Source of the DNA: Mobula hypostoma
Taxonomy: Eukaryota
Reading direction: 5' to 3'
NCBI RefSeq assembly: GCF_963921235.1
Contig: NC_086108.1
Span: 115,756,001-115,820,000 of the forward strand
DNA length: 64,000 bases
Below the pieces are notes generated by a model that saw nothing but the letters and a program-made list of their open reading frames with translations, had not been told where the DNA came from and ran no database searches. The position numbers and the translations under genes were made by a program. Positions 37,601 to 59,266 of the stretch are shown here, one piece after another; positions within the stretch are counted from its first letter, which is position 1, and the number at the start of each line of letters is the position of its first letter.

Positions 37601-38105
37601 ACACACACACGCACACACACGCACACACACACACACACACACAAACACACAGGCAGATATACACACACATGAATACACACACACACACACGTAGATATAC
37701 ACACACACATCAATACACACACATGCAGATATACACACACATCAATACACACACACACAGGCAGATATACACACACACATGAACACACACAGACACAAAT
37801 GTAGATATACACACACACATCAATACACACACACATGCAGATATACACACACATCAATACACACACACACATGCAGATATACACACACATCAATACACAC
37901 ACACACATGCAGATATACACACACACATCAATACACACAGATGCAGATATACACACACATGAATACACACACATGCAGATATACACACACATCAATACAC
38001 AAACACACACATGTAGATATACACACACGCATCAATACACACACACAGGCAGATAATCACACACACACATCAATACACACACACATGCAGATATACACAC
38101 ACATC

Positions 38106-38157
<52 letters not shown>

Positions 38158-39402
38158 GGCAGATATACACACACATGAATACACACACACACACGAGGAT
38201 ATACACACACACATCAATACACACACATGCAGATATACACACATCAATACACGCAAACACACAGGCAGATATACACACACACATCAATACACACACACAC
38301 ACATGCAGATATACACACACACATCAATACACACACACATGCAGATATAGAGACACATCAATACACACACACATGCAGATATTAACACACACATCAATAC
38401 ATACATACATCAATACACACACACATCAATACACACACACATCAATACACACACACATGCAGATATACACACACACATCAATACACACACACAGACATGC
38501 AGATATACACACACACATCAATACACACACGCACATGCAGATATACACACACATCACTAGACGCACACACACACACAGGCAGATATACACACACATCAAT
38601 ACACACACAGACATGCAGATATACACACACACATCAATACACACACACATTGCAGATATACACACACATGCAGATTTACACAGACACATCAATATACACA
38701 CACACGCATGCAGATATACATACACACACATGCAGATATACACACCGACATCAATACACACACATGCAGATATACACACACACATCAAAACACTCACACA
38801 CACATCAATACACTCACACACACAGGCAGATATACACACACACATCAATACACACACACACACATGCAGATATACACACACATGAATACACAAACTCATG
38901 CAGATATATACACACACTGGCAGATATACACACATATGCAGATATACACACAGATGCAGATATACACACAGATCAATACACACACACACATGCACATATA
39001 CACACACTCATCAATACACACACACACACCTGCAGTAACACACACACACACACATCAATACAGACACACACACACACACACATGCAGATATACACACACA
39101 TGAATACACACAGACACACATGCAGACACACATGCAGATATGCACACACAGATGCAGACATATACACACACACATGCAGATATTGACACACACATCAATA
39201 CACACACACCCAAGCAGATATAGACACTTACATCAATACACACACACATGTAGATATACACTCACACATCAATACACAAACACACACATGCAGATATACA
39301 CACACGCATCAATACACACACACACACACATCAATACACACACACAGGCAGATAATCACACACACATCAATACACACACACATGCAGATATACACACACA
39401 TC

Positions 39403-39446
<44 letters not shown>

Positions 39447-41647
39447 GGCAGATATACACACACATGAATACACACACACACACGAGGATATACACACACA
39501 CATCAATACACACACATGTAGATATACACACATCAATACACGCAAACACACAGGCAGATATACACACACACATCAATACACACACACACACATGCAGATA
39601 TACACACACACATCAATACACACACACACATGCAGATATAGAGACACATCAATACACACACACATGCAGATATTAACACACACATCAATACATACATACA
39701 TCAATACACACACACATCAATACACACACACATCAATACACACACACATGCAGATATACACACACACACATCAATACACACACACAGACATGCAGATATA
39801 CACACACACATCAATACACACACGCACATGCAGATATACACACACATCACTAGACGCACACACACACACAGGCAGATATACACACACATCAATACACACA
39901 CAGACATGCAGATATACACACACACATCAATACACACACACATTGCAGATATACACACACATGCAGATTTACACAGACACATCAATATACACACACACGC
40001 ATGCAGATATACATACACACACATGCAGATATACACACCGACATCAATACACACACATGCAGATATACACACACACATCAAAACACTCACACACACATTA
40101 ATACACTCACACACACAGGCAGATATACACACACACATCAATACACACACACACACATGCAGATATACACACACATGAATACACAAACTCATGCAGATAT
40201 ATACACACACTGGCAGATATACACACATATGCAGATATACACACAGATGCAGATATACACACAGATCAATACACACACACACATGCACATATACACACAC
40301 TCATCAATACACACACACACACCTGCAGTAACACACACACACACACATCAATACAGACACACACACACACACACACATGCAGATATACACACACATGAAT
40401 ACACACAGACACACATGCAGATATACACACACACATGCAGATATGCACACACAGATGCAGACATATACACACACACATGCAGATATTGACACACACATCA
40501 ATACACACACACCCAAGCAGATATAGACACTTACATCAATACACACACACATGTAGATATACACTCACACATCAATACACAAACACACACATGCAGATAT
40601 ACACACACGCATCAATACACACACACACACACATCAATACACACACACATGCAGATATACACATACACATCAATGCACACACACACATGCAGATATACAC
40701 ACACACATCAATACACACACATGCAGATATACACACACATCAATACACACACACACAGGCAGATATACACACACCCATCAATACAGACACACACACATGC
40801 AGATATACACACACACATGCAGATATACACACACACATGAATACACACACAGACGCAGATATACACACACACATCAATACACACACACATGCAGATATAG
40901 ACACACATCAATACACACACACATCAATACACACACGTAGATATACACACACATCAATTCACACACACACATGCAGATATATACACACACATCAATACAC
41001 ACACACATGCAGAAATACACACACACATCAATACACACACACATTCAGATATAGACACACATCAATACACACACACATGCAGATATACACACACACATCA
41101 CTGCACACACACACATGTAGATATACACACACATCAATACACAGACACACAGGCAGATATACACACACACATGCAGATATACACACACATCAATACACAC
41201 ACCCAGACATGCAGATATACACACACACATGCAGATATACACACACATCAATACACACACACACATGCAGATATACACACACACATTAATACACACAGAT
41301 GCAGATATACACACATACATGCAGATATACACACACATGAATACACACAGACACACATGCAGATATACACACACACATGCAGATATGCACACACAGATGC
41401 AGACATATACACACACACATGCAGATATTGACACACACATCAATACACACACACCCAAGCAGATATAGACACTTACATCAATACACACACACATGTAGAT
41501 ATACACTCACACATCAATACACAAACACACACATGCAGATATACACACACGCATCAATACACACACACACACACATCAATACACACACACAGGCAGATAA
41601 TCACACACACATCAATACACACACACATGCAGATATACACACACATC

Positions 41648-41693
<46 letters not shown>

Positions 41694-44600
41694 GGCAGAT
41701 ATACACACACATGAATACACACACACACACGAGGATATACACACACACATCAATACACACACATGTAGATATACACACATCAATACACGCAAACACACAG
41801 GCAGATATACACACACACATCAATACACACACACACACATGCAGATATACACACACACATCAATACACACACACACATGCAGATATAGAGACACATCAAT
41901 ACACACACACATGCAGATATTAACACACACATCAATACATACATACATCAATACACACACACATCAATACACACACACATCAATACACACACACATGCAG
42001 ATATACACACACACACATCAATACACACACACAGACATGCAGATATACACACACACATCAATACACACACGCACATGCAGATATACACACACATCACTAG
42101 ACGCACACACACACACACACACAGGCAGATTTACACAGACACATCAATATACACACACACGCATGCAGATATACATACACACACATGCAGATATACACAC
42201 CGACATCAATACACACACATGCAGATATACACACACACATCAAAACACTCACACACACATCAATACACTCACACACACAGGCAGATATACACACACACAT
42301 CAATACACACACACACACATGCAGATATACACACACATGAATACACAAACTCATGCAGATATATACACACACTGGCAGATATACACACATATGCAGATAT
42401 ACACACAGATGCAGATATACACACAGATCAATACACACACACACATGCACATATACACACACTCATAAATACACACACACACACCTGCAGTTACACACAC
42501 ACACACACACACATCAATACAGACACACACACACACACACACAAGGCAGATACACACACACATCAATACACACACACACGCAGATATACACACACACACA
42601 CACATGAATACACACACACATGCAGATACACACACACACATGCAGTTATGCACACAGAGATGCAGATATACACACACACACATGCAGATATAGACACACA
42701 CATCAATACACACACACACATGCAGATATAGACACACACATCAATACACACACAAATGCAGATATACACACACACATCAACACACACACACATGCAGATA
42801 TACACACACAAATCAACACACACACACATCAATACACACACAAACATGCAGATATACACATACACATCAATACACAGACATGCAGATATACACACACACA
42901 TGAATACACACACATGCAGATATACACACACATCAATACACACACACACACAGGCAGATATACACACACCCATCAATACAGACACACACACATGCAGATA
43001 TACACACACACATGCAGATATACACACACACATGAATACACACACAGATGCAGATATACACACACACATCAATACACACACACATGCAGATATAGACACA
43101 CATCAATACACACACACATCAATACACACACGTAGATATACACACACATCAATTCACACACACACCTGCAGATATGCACACACACATGCAGATTTACACA
43201 GACACATCAATACACACACACACACATGCAGATATACACAAACATCAATACACACACATGCAGATATACACACACACATCAATACACACACATGCAGATA
43301 TACACACACATCAATACACACACAAACACAGGCAGATATACACACACCCATCTATACAGACACACACACATGCAGATATACACACACACTTGAATACACA
43401 CACAGATGCAGATATACACACACATCAATACACACACACATGCAGATATAGACACACATCAATACACACACACACACACACATGCAGATACACACACACA
43501 TGAATACACACACACACATGCCGATATACACACACATCAATACACACACACACATGCAGATATACACACACATGCAGATATACACACACACATAAATACA
43601 CACACACATGTAGAGATACACACACATCAATACACACACACACAGGCAGATATACACACAGCTCAATACACACACACACATGCAGATATACACACACACA
43701 TCAATACACACAGATATGCAGATATACACACACACGTAGATACACACACACATCACTACACACACACACACATGCAGATATACACACACACATCAATACG
43801 CACACACAGACATGCAGTTATACACAAACACATGAATACACACACATGCAGATATACACACACACACCTGCCGATATACACACACACATGCAGATTTACA
43901 CAGACACATCAATACACACACACACATGCAGATATACACATACACACATCAATACACACACATGCAGATATACACACACACATCAATACACACACACACA
44001 GGCAGATATACACACACACATCAGTACACACACTCACAGGCAGATACACACACACACATCAATACACACACATACATGCGGATATACACACACACATGAA
44101 TACACATACATGCAGATATACACACACATCAATACACACACACATGCAGATATACACACACACAATCACACACACACACATGCAGATATACACACACACA
44201 TCAATACACACACACAGACATGCAGATATACACACACACATCAATACACACACACACACATGTAGATATACACACACATCAATACACACACACACACACA
44301 CAGGCAGATATACACACACATGAATACACACACACACACATGCAGATATACACACACATCAATACACCACATGCAGATATACACACACACATGCAGATTT
44401 GCACAGACACATCAATACACACACATGCAGATATACACACACACACCTGCTGATATACACACACACATGCTGATTTACACAGACACATCAATACACACAC
44501 ATGCAGATATACACACATCAATACACACACACACACATGCAGATATACACACACATCCATACACACACACACGCACACACACGCACACACACACACACAC

Positions 44601-45064
44601 ACACAAACACACAGGCAGATATACACACACATGAATACACACACACACACACGTAGATATACACACACACATCAATACACACACATGCAGATATACACAC
44701 ACATCAATACACACACACACAGGCAGATATACACACACACATGAACACACACAGACACAAATGTAGATATACACACACACATCAATACACACACACATGC
44801 AGATATACACACACATCAATACACACACACACATGCAGATATGAACACACATCAATACACACACACACATGCAGATATACACACACACATCAATACACAC
44901 AGATGCAGATATACACACACATGAATACACACACATGCAGATATACACACACATCAATACACAAACACACACATGCAGATATACACACACGCATCAATAC
45001 ACACACACAGGCAGATAATCACACACACACATCAATACACACACACACATGCAGATATACACAC

Positions 45065-45121
<57 letters not shown>

Positions 45122-46389
45122 GGCAGATATACACACACACATGAATACACACACACACACACGAGGATATACACACACACATCAATACACACACATGCAG
45201 ATATACACACATCAATACACGCAAACACACAGGCAGATATACACACACACATCAATACACACACACACACATGCAGATATACACACACACATCAATACAC
45301 ACACACATGCAGATATAGACACACATCAATACACACACACATGCAGATATTAACACACACATCAATACATACATACATCAATACACACACACATCAATAC
45401 ACACACACATCAATACACACACACATGCAGATATACACACACACATCAATACACACACACAGACATGCAGATATACACACACACATCAATACACACACAC
45501 ACATGCAGATATACACACACATCACTAGACGCACACACACACACATGCAGATATACACACACACATCAATACACACACACACACATGCAGATATACACAC
45601 ACACATCAATACACACACACACACCTGCAGATATACACACACACATGCAGATTTACACAGACACATCAATACACACACACACGCATGCAGATATACATAC
45701 ACACACACATGCAGATATACACACACACATCAATACACACACACATGCAGATATACACACACACATCAATACACACACACACATCAATACACTCACACAC
45801 ACAGGCAGATATACACACACACATCAATACACACACACACACATGCAGATATACACACACATGAATACACAAACTCATGCAGATATATACACACACATGC
45901 AGATATACACACATATGCAGATATACACACAGATGCAGATATACACACAGATCAATACACACACACACATGCACATATACACACACTCATCAATACACAC
46001 ACACACACCTGCAGTAACACACACACACACACATCAATACAGACACACACACACACACACATGCAGATATACACACACATGAATACACACAGACACACAT
46101 GCAGATATACACACACACATGCAGATATGCACACACAGATGCAGACATATACACACACACATGCAGATATTGACACACACATCAATACACACACACCCAA
46201 GCAGATATAGACACTTACATCAATACACACACACATGTAGATATACACTCACACATCAATACACAAACACACACATGCAGATATACACACACGCATCAAT
46301 ACACACACACACACACATCAATACACACACACAGGCAGATAATCACACACACATCAATACACACACACATGCAGATATACACACACATC

Positions 46390-46433
<44 letters not shown>

Positions 46434-48630
46434 GGCAGATATACACACACATGAATACACACACACACACGAGGATATACACACACACATCAATACACAC
46501 ACATGTAGATATACACACATCAATACACGCAAACACACAGGCAGATATACACACACACATCAATACACACACACACACATGCAGATATACACACACACAT
46601 CAATACACACACACACATGCAGATATAGAGACACATCAATACACACACACATGCAGATATTAACACACACATCAATACATACATACATCAATACACACAC
46701 ACATCAATACACACACACATCAATACACACACACATGCAGATATACACACACACACATCAATACACACACACAGACATGCAGATATACACACACACATCA
46801 ATACACACACGCACATGCAGATATACACACACATCACTAGACGCACACACACACACAGGCAGATATACACACACATCAATACACACACAGACATGCAGAT
46901 ATACACACACACATCAATACACACACACATTGCAGATATACACACACATGCAGATTTACACAGACACATCAATATACACACACACGCATGCAGATATACA
47001 TACACACACATGCAGATATACACACCGACATCAATACACACACATGCAGATATACACACACACATCAAAACACTCACACACACATTAATACACTCACACA
47101 CACAGGCAGATATACACACACACATCAATACACACACACACACATGCAGATATACACACACATGAATACACAAACTCATGCAGATATATACACACACTGG
47201 CAGATATACACACATATGCAGATATACACACAGATGCAGATATACACACAGATCAATACACACACACACATGCACATATACACACACTCATCAATACACA
47301 CACACACACCTGCAGTAACACACACACACACACATCAATACAGACACACACACACACACACACATGCAGATATACACACACATGAATACACACAGACACA
47401 CATGCAGATATACACACACACATGCAGATATGCACACACAGATGCAGACATATACACACACACATGCAGATATTGACACACACATCAATACACACACACC
47501 CAAGCAGATATAGACACTTACATCAATACACACACACATGTAGATATACACTCACACATCAATACACAAACACACACATGCAGATATACACACACGCATC
47601 AATACACACACACACACACATCAATACACACACACATGCAGATATACACATACACATCAATGCACACACACACATGCAGATATACACACACACATCAATA
47701 CACACACATGCAGATATACACACACATCAATACACACACACACAGGCAGATATACACACACCCATCAATACAGACACACACACATGCAGATATACACACA
47801 CACATGCAGATATACACACACACATGAATACACACACAGACGCAGATATACACACACACATCAATACACACACACATGCAGATATAGACACACATCAATA
47901 CACACACACATCAATACACACACGTAGATATACACACACATCAATTCACACACACACATGCAGATATATACACACACATCAATACACACACACATGCAGA
48001 AATACACACACACATCAATACACACACACATTCAGATATAGACACACATCAATACACACACACATGCAGATATACACACACACATCACTGCACACACACA
48101 CATGTAGATATACACACACATCAATACACAGACACACAGGCAGATATACACACACACATGCAGATATAGACACACATCAATACACACACACACATGCAGA
48201 TATACACACACACATGTAGATATACACACACATCAATACACACACACACATGCAGATATACACACACACATCAATACACACAGATGCAGATATACACACA
48301 CACATGCAGATATACACACACATGAATACACACAGACACACATGCAGATATACACACACACATGCAGATATGCACACACAGATGCAGACATATACACACA
48401 CACATGCAGATATTGACACACACATCAATACACACACACCCAAGCAGATATAGACACTCACATCAATACACACACACATGTAGATATACACTCACACATC
48501 AATACACAAACACACACATGCAGATATACACACACACATCAATACACACACACACACACATCAATACACACACACATGCAGATATACACACACATCAATA
48601 CACACACACATGCAGATATACACACACATC

Positions 48631-48676
<46 letters not shown>

Positions 48677-51653
48677 TGCAGATATACACACACATCAATA
48701 CACACACACACACGCAGATATACACACACACATCAATACACACACATGCAGATATACACACATCAATACACGCAAACACACAGGCAGATATACACACACA
48801 CATCAATACACACACACACACATGCAGATATACACACACACATCAATACACACACACACATGCAGATATAGACACACATCAATACACACACACATGCAGA
48901 TATTAACACACACATCAATACATACACACATCAATACACACACACATCAATACACACACACATGCAGATATACACACACACACATCAATACACACACACA
49001 GACATGCAGATATACACACACACATCAATACACACACACACATGCAGATATACACACACATCACTAGACGCACACACACACACAGGCAGATACACACACA
49101 CACATCAATACACACACACACACATGCAGATATACACACACACATCAATACACACACACACATTGCAGATATACACACACACATGCATATTTACACAGAC
49201 ACATCAATATACACACACACGCATGCAGATATACATACACACACATGCAGATATACACACAGACATCAATATACACACACACATGCAGATATACACACAC
49301 ACATCAAAACACTCACACACACATCAATACACTCACACACACAGGCAGATATACACACACACATCAATACACACACACACACATGCAGATATACACACAC
49401 ATGAATACACAAACTCATGCAGATATATACACACACTGGCAGATATACACACATATGCAGATATACACACAGATGCAGATATACACACAGATCAATACAC
49501 ACACACACATGCACATATACACACACTCATCAATACACACACACACACCTGCAGTAACACACACACACACACATCAATACAGACACACACACACACACAC
49601 ACATGCAGATATACACACACATGAATACACACAGACACACATGCAGATATACACACACACATGCAGATATGCACACACAGATGCAGACATATACACACAC
49701 ACATGCAGATATAGACACACACATCAATACACACACACCCAAGCAGATATAGACACACACATCAATACACACACACATGCAGATATACACTCACACATCA
49801 ATACACAAACACACACATGCAGATATACACACACGCATCAATACACACACACACATCAATACACACACACACACATGCAGATATACACATACACATCAAT
49901 ACACACACACACATGCAGATATACACACACACATCAATACACACACATGCAGATATACACACACATCAATACACACACACACAGGCAGATATACACACAC
50001 CCATCAATACAGACACACACACATGCAGATATACACACACACATGCAGATATACACACACACATGAATACACACACAGAGGCAGATATACACACACACAT
50101 CAATACACACACACATGCAGATATAGACACACATCAATACACACACACATCAATACACACACATGTAGATATACACACACATCAATTCACACACACACAT
50201 GCAGATATACACACACACATCAATACACACACACATGCAGATATACACACACACATCAATACACACACACATGCAGATATAGACACACATCAATACACAC
50301 ACACATGCAGATATACACACACACATCACTGCACACACACACATGTAGATATACACACACATCAATACACAGACACACAGGCAGATATACACACACACAT
50401 GCAGATATACACACACATCAATACACACACCCAGACATGCAGATATACACACACACATGCAGATATACACACACATCAATACACACACACACATGCAGAT
50501 ATACACACACACATCAATACACACAGATGCAGATATACACACACACATGCAGATATACACACACATCATTACACACACATGCAGATATACACACACACAT
50601 GAATACACACACATGCAGATATACACACACATCAATACACAAACACACACATGCAGATATACACACACGCATCAATACACACACACACAGGCAGATAATC
50701 ACACACACACATCAATACACACACACACACATGCAGATATACACATAAACATCAATACACACACAGATGCAGATATACACACACACATCAATACACACAC
50801 ATGCAGATATACACACATCAATACACGCACACAGGCAGATATACACACGCACATCAATACACACACACATGCAGATATACACACACATGAAGACACAAAC
50901 ACACATGCAGATATACACACACATCAATACACACACACATGCAGATATATACACACATGAATACACACACATGCAGATATAAACACACACATCAATGTAC
51001 ACACACACATGTAGATATACACACACATCAATACACACACATCAATACACACACACATGCAGATATACACACACACATTAATACACACACACAGACATGC
51101 AGATATACACACACACATCAATACACACACACATGCAGATATACACACACATCAATACACGCACACACACACACAGGCAGATATACACACACATCAATAC
51201 ACACACACACACATGCAGATATACACACACACATCAATACACACACAGACATGCAGATATACACAGACACATCAATACACACACACACACATGCAGATAT
51301 ACACACACACCTGCAGATATACACACACACATGCAGATTTACACAGACACATCAATACACACACACATGCATGCAGATATACATACACACATCAATACAC
51401 ACACAGGCAGATATACACACACACATCAATACACACACACATGCAGATATACACACACATGAATACACAAACTGATGCAGATATATACACACACATGCAG
51501 ATATACACACACACATCAATACACACACATGTAGATATACACACAGATCAATACACACACACACATGCACATATACACACACTCATCAATACACACACAC
51601 CTGCAGATATACACACACACACACATGCAGATATACACACACACATCAATACA

Positions 51654-51687
<34 letters not shown>

Positions 51688-53056
51688 CAGATACACACAC
51701 ACATCAATACACACACACACAGGCAGAATACACACACACATCAATACACACACACACATGCAGATATACACACACACATGAATACACACAGACACACATG
51801 CAGATATGCACACACAGATGCAGACATATACACACACACATGCAGATATTGACACACACATCAATACACACACACCCAAGCAGATATAGACACTCACATC
51901 AATACACACACACATGTAGATATACACTCACACATCAATACACAAACACACACATGCAGATATACACACATGCATCAATACACATACACACACATGCAGA
52001 TATACACACACACATCAATACACACACATGCAGATATACACACACATCAATACACACACACAGGCAGATATACACACACCCATCAATACAGACACACACA
52101 CATGCAGATATACACACACATGAATACACACACAGATGCAGATATACACACACACATCAATACACACACATGCAGATATAGACACACATCAATACACACA
52201 CACACATGCAGATATACACACACACATGTAGATATACACACACATCAATTCACACACACAGATGCAGATATACACACACACATGCAGATATACACACACA
52301 CATCAATACACACACACACATGCAGATATAGACACACATCAATACATACACACATGCAGATATACACACACCACTGCACACACACACATGTAGATATACA
52401 CACACATCAATACACACACACACAGGCAGATATACACACACACATCAATACACACACACACACACACACATGCAGATATACACACACATCAATACACACA
52501 CAGACATGCAGATATACTCACACATCAATACACACACACATGCAGATATACACACACATCAATACACACAGACACAGAGGCAGATATACACACACACATC
52601 AATACACACACACACATGCAGATATACACACACACATCAATACACACACACAGACATGCAGATATACACACACACATCAATACACACACACACGCACACA
52701 GGCAGATATACACACACATGAATACACACACACACACATGCAGATATACACACACATCAATACACCACATGCAGATATACACACACACATGCAGATTTGC
52801 ACAGACACATCAATACACACACACACACCTGCTGATATACACACACACATGCAGATTTACACAGACACATCAATACACACACACACACATGCAGATATAC
52901 ACACACACATCAACACACACACAGGCAGATATACACACACACATCAATACACCAACACATGCAGATATACACACACATGAATACACACAAACTCATGCAG
53001 ATATACACACACACATCAATACACACACACACACATGCAGATATACACACACATAT

Positions 53057-53093
<37 letters not shown>

Positions 53094-53985
53094 CAGATAT
53101 ACACACACACACACACACACATGCAGATATACACACACACACACGCAGATATACACACACACATCAATACACACACACACACCTGCTGATATACACACAC
53201 ACATGCAGATTTACACAGACACATCAATACACACACACACACATGCAGATATACACACACACATCAATACACACACAGGCAGATATACACACACACATCA
53301 ATACACCAACACATGCAGATATACACACACATGAATACACACAAACTCATGCAGATATATACACACACATGCAGATATACACACAGATGCAGATATACAC
53401 ACACATCAATACACACACACATGCACATATACACACACTCATCAATACACACACACACACCTGCAGATATATACACACACATATGCAGATATACACACAC
53501 ACATCAATACAGACACACACACACACAGGCAGATACACACACACATCAACACACACACACATGCAGATATACACACACACATGAATACACATACACACAC
53601 GCAGATATACACACACACATGCAGATATGCACACACAGATGCAGATATATACACACACACATATGCAGATATACACACACACATGCAGATATACACACAC
53701 ACATCAATACAGAAACACACACACACACACACACACAGGCAGATACACACACACATCAATACACACACACACACACCCATGCAGATATAGACACTCACAT
53801 CAACACACACACACATGTAGATAAACACTCACACATCAGCACACACAATGCAGATATACACACACATCCATACACACACACACATGCAGATATACACACA
53901 CATCAATACACGCACACACACACACAGGCAGATATATACACACACATCAATATACGCACACACAGATGCAGATATACACACACAT

Positions 53986-54032
<47 letters not shown>

Positions 54033-54354
54033 GGCAGATATACACACACACATGAATACACACACAGACATGCAGATATACACAGACACATCAATACACA
54101 CACACACATGCAGATATACACACACACACACCTGCAGATATACACACACACATGCAGATTTACACAGACACATCAATACACACACACATGCATGCAGATA
54201 TACATACACACATCAATACACACACATGCAGATATACACACACACACATCAATACACACACACATGCAGATATACACACACACATCAATACACACACACA
54301 CACATGCAGATATACACACACACATCAATACACACACACACATGCAGATATACA

Positions 54355-54400
<46 letters not shown>

Positions 54401-56936
54401 CAGATATACACACACACACACACATGCAGATATACACACACACACGCAGATATACACACACACATCAATACACACACACACACCTGCTGATATACACACA
54501 CACATGCAGATTTACACAGACTCATCAATACACACACACACACATGCAGATATACACACACACATCAATACACACACAGGCAGATATACACACACACATC
54601 AATACACCAACACATGCAGATATACACACACATGAATACACACAAACTCATGCAGATATATACACACACATGCAGATATACACACAGATGCAGATATACA
54701 CACAGATCAATACACACACACACATGCAAATATACACACACTCATCAATACACACACACACACCTGCAGATATATACACACACACACATGCAGATATACA
54801 CACGCACATTAATACAGACACACACACACACACAGGCAGATACACACACACATCAACACACACACACATGCAGATATACACACACATGAATACACATACA
54901 CACACGCAGATATACACACACACATGCAGATATGCACACACAGATGCAGATATATACACACACACATATGCAGATATACACACACACATGCAGATATACA
55001 CACACACATCAATACAGAAACACACACACACACACACACAGGCAGATACACACACACATCAATACACACACACACATGCAGATATACACACACACATGAA
55101 TACACACAGACACACATGCAGATATACACACACACATGCAGATATGCACACACAGATGCAGACATATACACAGACATGCAGATATTGACACACACATCAA
55201 TACACACACACACACCCAAGCAGATATAGACACTCACATCAACACACACACACATGTAGATAAACACTCACACATCAACACACACAATGCAGATATACAC
55301 ACACATCAATACACACACACACACACATGCAGATATACACATACACATCAATACACACACACACACATGCAGATATACACACCCACATCAACACACACAC
55401 ATGCAGATATATACACACATCAATACACACACACACAGGCAGATATACACACACCCATCAATACAGACACACACACATGCAGATATACACACACACATGC
55501 AGATATACACACACACATGAATACACACACAGATGCAGATATACACACACACATCAATTCACACACACATGCAGATATAGTCACACATCAATACACACAC
55601 ACACATGCAGATATATACACACACATCAATACACACACACACACATGCAGATATACACACACATCCATACACACACACACACACACACACACACAGGCAG
55701 ATATACACACACACACACGTAGATATACACACACACATCAATACACACACATGCAGCTATAAACACATCTATACACACACACATGCAGATATGAACACAC
55801 ATCAATACACACACACACATGCAGATATACACACACACATCAATACATACAGACGCAGATATACACACACACATGCAGATATACACACACATCATTACAC
55901 ACACACATGCATATATACACACACACATGAATACACACACATGCAGATATACACACACATCAATACACAAACACACACATGCAGATATACACACACGCAT
56001 CAATACACACACACACACACAGGCAGATAATCACACACACACATCAGTACACACACACACACACACACACATGCAGATATACACATAAACATCAATACAC
56101 ACACACAGATGCAGATATACACACACACATCAATACACACACATGCAGATAAACACACATCAATACACGCAAACACAGGCAGATATACACACACATCAAT
56201 ACACACACACACATGCAGATATACACACACACATGAATAAACACACACACATGCAGGTATACACACACACATCAATACACACACACACATGCAGATATAC
56301 ACACACATCAATACACACACATGCAGATATATACACACACACATCAATACACACACACACACATGCAGATATACACACACATCAATACACACACACACAT
56401 GCAGATATACACACACACACCAATACACACAGATGCAGATATACACACACACATGAATACACACACATGCAGATATACACAAACATCAATACACAAACAC
56501 ACACAGGCAGATAATCACACACACACATCAATACACACACACACACATGCAGATATACACATAAACATCAATACACGCACACAGATGCAGATATACACAC
56601 ACACATCAATACACACACATGCAGATATACACACATCAATACACGCAAACACACAGGCAGATATACACACACACATCAATACACACACACACATGCAGAT
56701 ATACACACACACATCAATACACACACGCACATGCAGATATAGACAGACATCAATACACACACACATGCAGATATTAACACACACATCAATACATACACAC
56801 ATCAATACACACACACATCAATACACACACACATGCAGATATACACACACATCACATACATACACACACACACACAGGCAGATATATACACACACATCAA
56901 TACACTCACACACAGATGCAGATATACACACACATC

Positions 56937-56987
<51 letters not shown>

Positions 56988-59225
56988 AAACACACACACA
57001 GGCAGATATACACACACACATGAATACACACACAGACATGCAGATATACACAGACACATCAATACACACACACACACCTGCAGATATACACACACACACA
57101 CCTGCAGATATACACACACATGCAGATTTACACAGACACATCAATACACACACACATGCATGCAGAGAAACATACACACATCAATACACACACATGCAGA
57201 TATACACACACACATCAATACACACACACAAGCAGATATACACAGACACATCAATTCACTCACACACACAGGCAGATATACACACACACATCAATACACA
57301 CACACATGCAGATATACACACACATCAATACACGCACACACACACAGGCAGATATACACACACACATCAATACACGCACACACACATGCAGATATACACA
57401 CACATCAATACACACACATGTAGATATACACACAGATCAATACACACACACACATGCACATATACACACACTCATCAATACACACACACACACCTGCAGA
57501 TACACACACACACACACATGCAGATATACACACACACATCAATACAGACACACACACACACAGACACACACACAGAGGCAGATACACACACACATCAATA
57601 CACACACACACATGCAGATATACACACACACATGAATACACACAGACACACATGCAGATATACACACACACATGCAGATATGCACACACAGATGCAGACA
57701 TATACACACACAGATGCAGATATTGACACACACATCAATACACACACACCCAAGGAGATATAGACACTCACATCAATACACACACACATGTAGATATACA
57801 CTCACACATCAATACACAAACACACACATGCAGATATACACACACGCATCAATACACATACACACACATGCAGATATACACACACACATCAATACACACA
57901 CATGCAGATATACACACATCAATACACACACACAGGCAGATATACACACACCCCATCAATACAGACACACACACATGCAGATATACACACACATGAATAC
58001 ACACATAGATGCAGATATACACACACACATCAATACACAGACATGCAGATATAGACACACATCAATACACACACACACATGCAGATATACACACCCACAT
58101 GTAGATATACACACACATCAATTCACACACACAGATGCAGATATACACACACACATGCAGATATACACACACACATCAATACACACACACATGCAGATAT
58201 AGACACACATCAATACATACACTCATGCAGATATATACACACACATCACTGCACACACACACATGTAGATATACACACACATCAATACACACACACACAG
58301 GCAGATATACACACACACATCAATACACACACACACACACATGCAGATATACACACACACATCAATACACACACACACAGACATGCAGATATACACACAC
58401 ATCAATACACACATGCAGCAGATATACACACACATCAATACACACACACACAGAGGCAGATATACACACACACATCAATACACACACACACATGCCGATA
58501 TACACACACACATCAATACACACACACAGACATGCAGATATACACACACACATCAATACACACACACACACATGCAGATATACACACACATCAATACACA
58601 CACACACATGCAGATATACACACACACATGCAGATATACACACACACATCAATACACACACACATGCAGATACAGACACACATCAATACATACACACATG
58701 CAGATATACACACACACATCACTGCACACACACACATGTAGATATACACACACATCAATACACACACACAGATGCAGATATACACACACACATGCAGATA
58801 TACACACACACATCAATACACACACACATGCAGATACAGACACACATCAATACACACACACATGCAGATATACACACACACATCACTGCACACACACACA
58901 TGTAGATATACACACACATCAATACACACACACACAGGCAGATATACACACACACATCAATACACACACACACACACACATGCAGATATACACACACATC
59001 AATACACACACACAGACATGCAGATATACACACACATCAATACACACACATGCAGATATACACACACATCAATACACACACACACAGAGGCAGATATACA
59101 CACACACATCAATACACACACACATGCAGATATACACACACACATCAATACACACACACAGACATGCAGATATACACACACACATCAATACACACACACA
59201 CACATGCAGATATACACACACATAT

Positions 59226-59266
<41 letters not shown>

